This document shows positions 53,950-64,000 of a stretch of 64,000 nucleotides of DNA, piece after piece. Positions within the stretch are counted from its first letter, which is position 1, and each line of letters opens with the position of its first letter. The notes below the pieces were generated by a model. The model was not told the DNA's origin and did no database searches. It saw only the letters and a list, made by a program, of their open reading frames with translations. Position numbers and translations under genes: made by a program. Origin of the DNA: Octopus vulgaris. Lineage: Eukaryota. The stretch covers positions 52,204,001-52,268,000 of the forward strand of contig OX597828.1 in assembly GCA_951406725.2 (NCBI GenBank). The letters are read 5' to 3'.

Positions 53950-56900
53950 ATGGAGTGAGAACGAGAATAGGGTAGACGTGGCGGCGGTGACGGTGGCTGT
54001 GGTGATGGTGGTGGTGGTGGTGGTTATGTTGGGTGTGGTGGAAATGGAAGTGACGGTGTTGGTGATGGTGGGTGGAGGAGGTGGTGCAGTCGGTAGAAAT
54101 GATGGTAATGGAGGTGGTGAGGGTGTTGATAGTTGTGTTAGCGATGTAACGGCGATGACAAAGGCGGCGGTAAAAAAACGCGGTAGTTGTGGTGGTAATG
54201 GTGGTGGTGGTGGTGGTGGTGGCGGCGGTGATAGTTATGATGGAGATTGTGGAGGATATGTTGGTGGCGGTGACGGTGGTGGTGGTGGTGGTTGTAGTGG
54301 TGGTGGTTGTGGTTGTGGTGCTGGTGGTGGTGGACGTGGTGGTGGAGGTGGTGGTGGTGGTGGTGGTGGCGGTGGTGGTGGTGATAGTTATGATGGAGAT
54401 TGGGGAGAATATGTTGATGGCGGCGACGGTGGTGGTGGTGGTTGTAGTGGTGGTGGTGGTGGAGGTGGTGGTGGTGGCGATGATCGAAGCGGTTGTAATG
54501 ATGGCGGTGATGGAAGCTATGGTGGTAAACGTAGTTATGATGATGATAATGATGATGATGATGATGATGATGAAGATGGCGGTGCTGCTGCTGCCGCTAG
54601 CGGAGGAGGTGTGTTGGAAATAACAATTAAAATGTCGACAGATGAGGGTGGTGTGCGGGTATAAGTATGTCGTTGTATTGTGGAGATATAATGCGGGTAG
54701 ATAAAAATTACGGTATGCATGCGTCTAAGGCTGGAGCAGCCGGGTGGAGGAGGAAAAGGAGAGATGAGCATGCACATGAAATCTGAGTCCGAATCTTGGG
54801 TAGGTGGGGTACTAAAGCTTGCAATATACATCAGAACGGTAATGTAGAGGGGGTAGTGGTGGTTAAAGCGGTGGTACTGGAGGTAGTTTGGTAATAGTGG
54901 TGGAAGTAGTGATGTTGGTAGTGATGATATCGTCGATACTCGGAGTGCAGTAAGTGGTATCGGTAGTAGTGGTGGTGATGGTGGTGGTGGTGGTGGTGGT
55001 GGTGGTGGTGGTGGTGGTGGTGGTGGTGGCGCGGCAGTAATAGTGGTAGAGGTGGTAATGATAGTGGTGGTAGTCGTGGCAATGCTGACGATGCTAGCTG
55101 AAGTTGTTACGGTGATAGTGCGATGGTGGGGTGGCTATTGTGCAATGGTGGTTGTGGTGGTGGTGGTGAGAGTAGTGGTGGTGGTTGTAGTGGCAATGTT
55201 GAGGATGCTAGCTGAGGTTGTTACGGTGATAGTGCGATGGCGGTGTGGCTATTGGGCAATGGTGGTGGTGGTGGTGGTGGTAGAGATGATTCTGGGAGGA
55301 TTTCGGGTCGTAGAAGAATGAGATAGGAGTCTGTTGGCACTGATGATGAATAAGCATGGATTGTGGGGTGCCCGTAGAAAGTATGAGAGGGGTGTTTGTT
55401 GTTTTTGGTGGTGGTTGTGGTATTAGTGGTGGTTGTGATGTTGGTGGTGGTTGTAGTGTTAGTGGTCGTTCTGTTGTTAGTGGTAGCTGTGGCGATGGTG
55501 GTGGTTGTGGTGTTGGTAGTAGTTGTGGGTGATGGTGGTGGTTGCGGTGTTAGTGGTGGTTATGATGTTGGTGGTGGTTGTAGTGTTAGTGGTCGTTCTG
55601 TTGTTAGTGGTAGCTGTGGCGATGGTGGTGGTTGTGGTGTTGGTAGTAGTTGTGGGTGATGGTGGTGGTTGCGGTGTTAGTGGTGGTTGTGATGTTGGTG
55701 GTGGTTGTAGTGTTAGTGGTCGTTCTGTTGTTAGTGGTAGCTGTGACGATGGTGGTGGTTGTGGTGTTGGTAGTAGTTGTGGGTGATGGTGGTGGTTGCG
55801 GTGTTAGTGGTGGTTATGATGTTGGTGGTGGTTGTAGTGTTAGTGGTCGTTCTGTTGTTAGTGGTAGCTGTGGCGATGGTGGTGGTTGTGGTGTTGGTAG
55901 TAGTTGTGGGTGATGGTGGTGGTTGCGGTGTTAGTGGTGGTTGTGATGTTGGTGGTGGTTGTAGTGTTAGTGGTCGTTCTGTTGTTAGTGGTAGCTGTGG
56001 CGATGGTGGTGGTTGTGGTGTTGGTAGTAGTTGTGGGTGATGGTGGTGGTTGTAGTGTTAGTGGTGGTTATGATGTTGGTGGTGGTTGTAGTGTTAGTGG
56101 TCGTTCTGTTGTTAGTGGTAGCTGTGGCGATGGTGGTGGTTGTGGTGTTGGTAGTAGTTGTGGGTGATGGTGGTGGTTGCGGTGTTAGTGGTGGTTATGA
56201 TGTTGGTGGTGGTTGTGATGTTAGTGGTAGTTCTGTTGTTAGTGGTGGTTGTGGCGATGGTGGTGGTTGTGGTGTTGGTAGTAGTTGTGGGTGATGGTGG
56301 TGGTTGCGGTGTTAGTGGTGGTTATGATGTTGGTGGTGGTTGTGATGTTAGTGGTAGTTCTGTTGTTAGTGGTGGTTGTGGCGATGGTGGTGGTTGTGGT
56401 GTTGGTAGTAGTTGTGGGTGATGGAGGTGGTTGTGGCTGATGGTGGTGGTTGTGGTGTTGGTGCTGGTTGTGGGGGTCGTGGCGGTTGTGGTCGTGGGTG
56501 TGGTGTTGGTTGTTGTGGTGGTGTTGGTGGTGATAGTGGTAGAGAGGTGGTTGTGATGGTGGTGGTGGTGGTGGTTGTAGTGTAGAAAATGAGACTGGTG
56601 ATGATGGTTTTCACGAGTGGTGTGCTGGTGTTAATGCTCGAGCGAGTGGTATGGTAGGTTGCGTGGTATAGTTGCCGTAGTTGTAGTGGTGATTCCGGGT
56701 GGTAGTAAAAAATACAGAAGATATATGATGGCGGTGGTGATGGTGGTATTCATGGTAGATGGCATTGGAAGATGGAGTGGGACGGCAAAGCTATCAGTAG
56801 TGGTGGTGGTAACGACAGGACGTGTTAGTGGTAGTGGTGGTGGTGGTGATGCTGGTGGTGGTGGTGGTAATGCTAATGACAGGGCGTGTTGGTGATGATA

Positions 56901-57130
56901 GTAGTGGTGGTTGCTAGTAGTTGTGGTGGTAGTGGTAGTCGCTATTGGAGATAGTGATAGTGGTAGTTGTTAGTGGTGGTGGTGGTTGTGGTGGTGGTAT
57001 TGGCAGTTGTTAGTGGTGACGGTTATGGTAGCTGTGGTGGTTGGTATCAGTGGTGTTGTTGTTGTTGTTGTTGTTGGCGGTGGTGGTTGTAGTGTTGTAG
57101 TGTGGTGGTGGTAGTACTGGTGAGGTGGTG
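53950..57130. repeat. (GGT)-rich low-complexity tract containing a 127-bp minisatellite (about 8 copies, 55410-56430)
   Basis: Near-identical ORFs offset by exactly 127 nt in the track. Confidence 0.95.
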
Positions 57131-57710
57131 GGTGCAGTGGTCAGGCTGATTTAATAGCCGCGATGATGAATAAAGATGAAGTATTTTCTAAGTGTTTCTT
57201 TTTGATTGATTAAAAGGGAAATGATGGCGTGTTAATGGCGGAAAGAAAGGAAACGAGACAGAAAGAGAGAACGACTGAGAAGCAAGGAGCGGAAGTCGAA
57301 GGGAGAGTCAGATAACTATAGAGATTGAAAGAGAAGGGGAGAAAGGGGGTTAAAAAAGAAAAAGACAGAGACAGAGATAAAACTGGAGAGAGACAGAAGT
57401 GAAAGTGAGAGAAAAGAGGGTGACAAAGAAGTATACAGCGTTATATTTCTGTCTATCTGTCTATCTGTCTGTCTATCTGTCTGTCTGTCTATATATCTCT
57501 CTATCTATCTATCTATCTATCTATCTATTTTTCTGTCTATATGTCTCCCTCTCTCCCTCTCTCTCTCTATATATATATATATCTATCTGTCTGCCAATCT
57601 GTCTTTATCAGTCCGTCTGTCTATTTCTCTCTCTCACTCTCTGTCACACTCTCTCACTCTCTCTCCTCGCTCTCTCTCACTTTCACTTTCTCTCTCTATC
57701 TCTGTTTGTG

Positions 57711-57767
<57 letters not shown>

Positions 57768-57867
57768 GTCTGTCTGTCTGTTTCTCTGTCTGGCTGTGTG
57801 TGTCTCTCTCCCTGTATGTAGATCTATCTATATATCTTTCACCATACACACACATACACAGTAACAG

Positions 57868-57909
<42 letters not shown>

Positions 57910-58599
57910 ATACGTGTGAGTGTTTATATGATTGCATGTAAATATGTTAGAGAACGAGAAAGATGAGGGAGGAGACAAATAGACAGACAGACAGACAGAC
58001 TTCCAGGCGGCAGAGAATGTGGAGAATTAAAACAGAAGCTAGAGGGAGAGAAAGAGAAAGGGAAAGAGAGTTGGAGAGAATTCGAGAGAGAGAGGGGGAG
58101 GAGGAGGAGGAGACCGGGAGGGAAAGAGAGAGTAAATGAAAGCGAAATATGATAAAACAAAAGGAACTGAAGTGGTTTGTGGGCGATAGAAACGGATTAA
58201 AGCTATAATCCCTGTCCAGGGGTAACACCATCTGGCCGTTGAGGTGCATAGAAAGGGTGGGCGAAGGCACAGTCACACTGTTGCAATTATTCTGTGCAGG
58301 CCCATGGATAAGTCATGTACTATGACTTCTTAGTCGCTTGCCTCCAATCAGGATAAGAGACCCTCTAAACATCGTAGGCTCCCAATTGTGGTTCTTTCTC
58401 CGTGTAAGCCATAAAATGAAACAAAAATCTATACGAAGCTTGAAGGCAAAGAACGAAGAGAAGAAAGAAAGAACGACTAAAAGTACAGGGGAGAGAGAGT
58501 GAGAAACATAAAGTGAGAGGGAGAGGACAGGAGAAGGAAGAGAAATATGGTGAAGTCTAAATTGAGGTAGAGAAGGAGAGAGATGAGAAAATTGTAGTT

Positions 58600-59290
58600 A
58601 GGTGTAGGAGTGGCTGTAGTAAGTAGTTTGCTTACCAACCACATGGTTCCAGGTTCAGTCCCACTGCGTGACACCTTGGGCAAGTATCTTCTACTATAGC
58701 CTCGGGCCGACCAAAGCCTTGTGAGTGGATTTGGTAGACGGAAACTGAAAGAAGCCTATCGTATATATGTATGTATATATGTATAACTAATGTAGGATAA
58801 AATTTTTTTCGGGAAAAAAATTCTTTCAATGGCCGGCATATCAAAAACTACCTTTAAAGGTTGAATTTATAAATAATTTACAAGATAAGGGCAAAAGGAA
58901 AATTCTAATGCCAAATATGCCGAAAAAAAGACAAGAATTGTCAATAACCATTATAATTTATGCGTCTCGAAACAAACCGATAGAAATTTCTAAAAAATTC
59001 GTTATTACCATATTGGTCCAATTTCGGGGTTAATTCATAAGAAATTTTCCCCTCTTCAGCGGCAAATACGCGAGATATAAGTGAGTATAGTAAGTATTTC
59101 ACTTATATCTCGCGTATTTGCCGCTGAAGAGGGGAAAATTTCTTATGAATTAACCCGAAATTGGACCAATACGGTCCAATACGAAAGAATGAAAGGCAAA
59201 CAATAAGTCCCTTGATCGATTTCTTCGACTAAAGACGGTGCTTCAGCATGGCCACAGTCACATGACTGAAACAAGTAAAAGAGTAAAAGA
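58600..59290 (+). mobile_element. SINE family A interrupted by a PLE-type insert (58787-59175)
   Basis: SINE head at 58600-58762 and tail at about 59200-59290 flank the insert. Confidence 0.8.
59011..59175. ncRNA. Inverted repeat encoding two head-to-head type I hammerheads
   Basis: Arms 59011-59084 and 59099-59171 differ by one C; each reads GCCG-CTGAAGA-GGGG..CCC-GAAA-TTGGACCAA-TA-(C/T)GGT. Confidence 0.85.
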
Positions 59291-59909
59291 GTTAGATTTT
59301 GGTAGAAAGAGCATCCAAAAAGGCTTTCGCATAATATAATCTTTTCTACTCTAGGCACAAGGCCTGAAATTTCTTTAGTGGGGAGGCCAGTCGATTAGAT
59401 CGACTCCAGTACGCAACTGGTACTTAATTTATCGACCCCCCAAAAGGATGACCCCCAAAAGTCGACTTCGGCAGAATTTGAACTCAAAACGTAAGGACAG
59501 ACGAAACATTTTGCCTAGTGTGCTAACGTTTCTGCCAGTTCGCTGCCTTAATTTCGTAAAACATAATGAAAGACAAAAGGAGGAGAGATTAGAATACACA
59601 CACACACACACACACACGCTCGCACGCGCGCACACGCACACACGCACATGCACGCGCACACATACACATGCGCACACACACACTCATTCATTTCGTCGGG
59701 TGTGAAATTCCAGATTAAGACTTTTACACGTTATTCTTTTAAAACATTTATGAAACTTTATACCCTAACTTACAAGGAAATGTATTTATGTGTATGTATG
59801 CATATATGTATGTATATATGTATGTGTATTTATATATATAAGTATATATATACATATATATATATATACACATACATACAAACACATGCACATACAGACA
59901 CACACACGC

Positions 59910-59940
<31 letters not shown>

Positions 59941-59997
59941 TAAATATGAATACACATATACGTACAAATATAGGTATATTATATATATTTATTCATG

Positions 59998-60050
<53 letters not shown>

Positions 60051-60412
60051 CATAGACACACGTACAAACATCTGTGTATGTGTGCGTTTGTGTGAGTGTA
60101 CACCTAAAAATAATTTATAATTACAATTAACAAATAAATAAACATGTTAATAATTATAAAGCTGAAATTGGCAAGATTTCCTTAATGAAATGTCAATGGT
60201 AAACAAATGTAAATATTTTACAATTTATAGACACAATTATCTTTCTAAAAGTTATCTGTTGTTGTTTTAGGAATGTTAACAGTGGTAATTAAATAATGAT
60301 TATCTAATTGAATATGTAACAGCTACCATTAACAGAAGATGATGGTTTTTTCTTTCATCAAGAGTAGTGAAACACATTGGTTTTCGTAATATAGTATAGT
60401 ATATATATATAT

Positions 60413-60505
<93 letters not shown>

Positions 60506-60540
60506 TGAGAGAAATATATTAATCTATATATGTATGCATG

Positions 60541-60575
<35 letters not shown>

Positions 60576-61127
60576 CTCTCTGTTTAATTGTTTCAGTCAT
60601 TTGAATGTGGCCATGCCGGAGCACCGCCTTTAGTCGAGCAAATCGACCCCAGGACTTATTCTTTGTCAGCTTAGTACTTATTCTATCGGTCTCTTTAGCT
60701 GAACTGCTACTTTCGGGAAAAGAAACCAATAAAATAAGTTCTACGCTTTCAAAAAATGTCATGCGGATTATTTTTTTTACTAAGTACTTCAAGGCAGTGC
60801 TGCAGCATGGCCGCGGTCAAATGACTAAATCAAGAAACAGAAAAAAAAAGAACATACATATATATACATACATACATACATACATACATACATGAGTCTA
60901 TCATCAAATTTCGGAGAATCGAGGGATAAAATACTTATTCCAAGCGTCCTACACACATATAATTATAAATATAGGTACAGCATATGTAACTGTGACGTAA
61001 CGTCATGAATAACATGTCTCGTCATAAGATCGTATTCCCTAAACTCAACAAGCATGTTCCTGATAGCCGTACACCCGACGAAGAGCTGAATGTGCGTTGT
61101 CGTACAGAATTTCAATATATGTGTATA

Positions 61128-61595
61128 TAAATGTGGAGTGGAGTGAAAGCAGTTGAAGAGGCAAGGATAACGCATGTAATACTCAAAATAGATTTAAGGA
61201 AGAATGTAACGATCGAAAAGGGGAATGACCTTTTTGTGTGCACAGTCTGTAACAGGCAAAGCCTGCCTTTGGCTGGGCTCAAATCTCACCTGCGAACCCA
61301 TGGAAAACGGACCTCCACCAACTATCCTGTCTATATGTCTGTGCACAGATTTGAATGCAGTGCATGCCAGAAGGTTCGCAAATCCAACGGAGGCCTCAAA
61401 AGACATTTTAAGATCCATAAAGATCAGAACTTATCTGCAGCTCTTGGTGGTCCAAATCGGATGTGCAATCTGTGTGGATGTCTTTTCAGAATATTGTCTG
61501 GTTTGAAAAGTCACATAAGTTGCCATGATGGTGCTAGGTCGTAGGTACAGGAGGTGGTCAAACTCTGTCTGAGGAGTACACAACCACCACCATAT
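61128..61595 (+). mobile_element. RTE-type LINE 3' end with three C2H2 zinc fingers
   Basis: GVKAVEEAR then CTVC..GLKSHLRTH, CSAC..GLKRHFKIH, CNLC..GLKSHISCH; short 3' UTR with (ACC)n tail; no TGEKP linkers. Confidence 0.6.
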
Positions 61596-61664
61596 ATAGA
61601 TAGATAGATACATAGATAGATGGATAGATAGACAGATAGATTGAAAGATAGATAGATAGATAGT

Positions 61665-61778
<114 letters not shown>

Positions 61779-61896
61779 TACATATATATACATACGTACA
61801 TACACAAATACATATGCTGCTTATGTATTTGCGCGACTCTATATCTATTATCTTCATGTCTATGTCTAGATTTATATCTATTTATGTCCTATCTCT

Positions 61897-61928
<32 letters not shown>

Positions 61929-61937
61929 CTGTATATA

Positions 61938-61987
<50 letters not shown>

Positions 61988-62070
61988 AATATATATATAT
62001 ATATATTCACATATGTATGTTTATATGTCTGTCTCTCTGACTTTCTCTCTCCTTCTTTCGTTCTCTCCCG

Positions 62071-62112
<42 letters not shown>

Positions 62113-62469
62113 GTGGAGGTATATATTCATACAATTATTAATGAAAGTTACATAACATGGAGTTAATAACCTTCACTTCACGTGCTAATGGATTATTATT
62201 GATTTTCTGACACGGTTTCATCCAATAAGATTTAAGTGGAACACAACAGTAACCATCATCTTGATGTTGCCTTCATCAAGATACAAACAGACGTTAGATT
62301 AGTAATGGCATTGTTGATGCTGTTGTTGTTGCTGCTGTTTCGTTCCAGTGCAACCTTGAATCCAAAGTGACCTAAGTTCAACAGCATTTCTACAGCCGTT
62401 TACATCCCGTTCTTTTAGCTAATGCATCCATACTAATTTTACACGCGCGGAAGATTTTGCTGCTATTTC

Positions 62470-63412
62470 TAATTTCTTTATAGCCCACAAAGGGCTAAAC
62501 ATAGAGGGGACAAACAAGGACAGACAAAGGGATTAAGTCGATTACATCGACCCCAGTGCGTAACTGGTACTTAATTTATCGCCCCCGAAAGGACGGAAGG
62601 CAAAGTCGACCTCGGCGGAATTTGAACTCAGAACGTAAAGACGGACGAAATTCCGCTAAACATTTTGTCCAGTGTGCTAACGTTTCTTATTTCTTTACTG
62701 CCCAGAAGGGGCTACACACAGAGGGGACAAAAAACAAAGAGATTAAGTCGATTACATCGATCCCAGTGCGTAACTGGTACTTAATTTATCGACCCCGAAA
62801 GGACAGAAGGCAAAGTCGACCTCGGCGTAATTTGAACTCAGAACGTAAAGACGGACGAAATTCCGCTAAACATTTTGTCCAGTGTGCTAACGTTTCTTAT
62901 TTCTTTACTGCCCAGAAGGGGCTACACACAGAGGGGACAAAAAACAAAGAGATTAAGTCGATTACATCGATCCCAGTGCGTAACTGGTACTTAATTTATC
63001 GACCCCGAAAGGACAGAAGGCAAAGTCGACCTCGGCGTAATTTGAACTCAGAACGTAAAGACGGACGAAATTCCGCTAAACATTTTGTCCAGTGTGCTAA
63101 CGTTTCTTATTTCTTTACTGCCCAGAAGGGGCTACACACAGAGGGGACAAAAAACAAAGAGATTAAGTCGATTATATCGATCCCAGTGCGTAACTGGTAC
63201 TTAATTTATCGACCCCGAAAGGACAGAAGGCAAAGTCGACCTCGGCGGAATTTGAACTCAGAATGTAAAGACGGACGAAATACCGCTAAGCATTTCATCC
63301 GGCGTGCTAACGTTTCGACCTCGGTGGAATTTGAACTCAGAACGTAGCAGCAGACGAAATACCGCTAAGCATTTCGCCCGGTGTAATAACGTTTCTGCCC
63401 TCTCGCCGCCTT
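62470..63412 (-). repeat. SINE family B tandem array, 210-bp period (about 4 units)
   Basis: CCCAGTGCGTAACTGG recurs at about 62552, 62762, 62972 and 63182. Confidence 0.95.
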
Positions 63413-63723
63413 ATTTTGCTGCTATTTCTAACGAATGAAGGTACCCTCTCAGTTGAAGTTGAGGTGTGAAATATTTGCAATTCAGTCAGTAAAACCTGTT
63501 CGATGTTTCCAATAGACAAATTTTTCTAGCCAGCCGGATGTGCTTTGAGGGAGATTTCGCTACTATTTTTAACATGACAAACGACCACAGATAGCGAGTT
63601 AAAGTCACAAGGATTTATCCGTTCATTTAGGCAGTGATTTAGTGGAATCCTTAAAGGGTGTTTATTTCATTTCATTTCAAATCCTGCAAGTCCCTTTGAA
63701 TTTCATCATTTCAGGTTCATGAA

Positions 63724-64000
63724 TTCTTCTTCTTCTCCTTCTTCTTTTTCTTCTTCTTCTTCTCCATCTTCTTCTTCTTCTTCTTCTTCTTCTTCTTCTT
63801 CTTCTTCTTCTTCTTCTTCTTCTTCTTCTTCTTCTTCTTCTTCTTCTTTTCCTTCTTCTTCTTCTCCTTCTTCTTCTACTTCTTCTCCTTCTTCTTATTT
63901 TCCTTCTTCTTCTTCTTCTTCTTCTTCTTCTTCTTCTTCTTCTTCTTCTTCTTCCTTCTTCTTTTCCATCTTCTTCTTTTCCATCTTCTTCTTTTCCTTC
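63724..64000. repeat. (TTC)n microsatellite
   Basis: Direct reading. Confidence 0.95.

Noticed and set aside
53945-54664. 239-aa Gly-rich ORF resembling a structural protein
   Set aside because: Derived from (GGT)n low-complexity DNA; parallel poly-Val frames are equally open; starts at GTG
58194-58211. Inverted GGATTA/TAATCC homeodomain-site pair
   Set aside because: Short motifs expected by chance; flank resembles a SINE relic
62556-63347. 263-aa repetitive ORF
   Set aside because: Antisense translation of a 210-bp SINE tandem whose period is divisible by three

Overview
Eukaryotic, AT-rich, repeat-saturated DNA, probably intronic or intergenic. The 5S rRNA sequence, the SINE families and the extreme microsatellite load fit an octopus or other coleoid cephalopod best (inference). 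No intact host protein-coding gene is supportable, and most ORFs in the track are microsatellite translations. Content: three main tRNA-derived SINE families (some in tandem arrays), a dispersed 5S rRNA copy, four Penelope-like element (PLE) coding remnants, many TA-flanked PLE terminal-repeat fragments, CR1-, RTE- and RLE-type LINE ends, mariner relics, two Helitrons, TIR elements and minisatellites. The strongest unexplained signal is RNA-level: more than a dozen hammerhead-ribozyme (HHR) motifs in the PLE-type repeats. Three sequence-unrelated repeats (21151-21214, 31907-32002, 32439-32508) carry the three hammerhead strands in a non-circularly permuted order, with different but complementary helices. 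Also seen: head-to-head inverted HHR pairs, recurrent core variants (A6U, U4C), and a PLE end with a tRNA-like Pol III promoter just upstream of its HHR. All structures were paired by eye, and none is computationally or experimentally validated.
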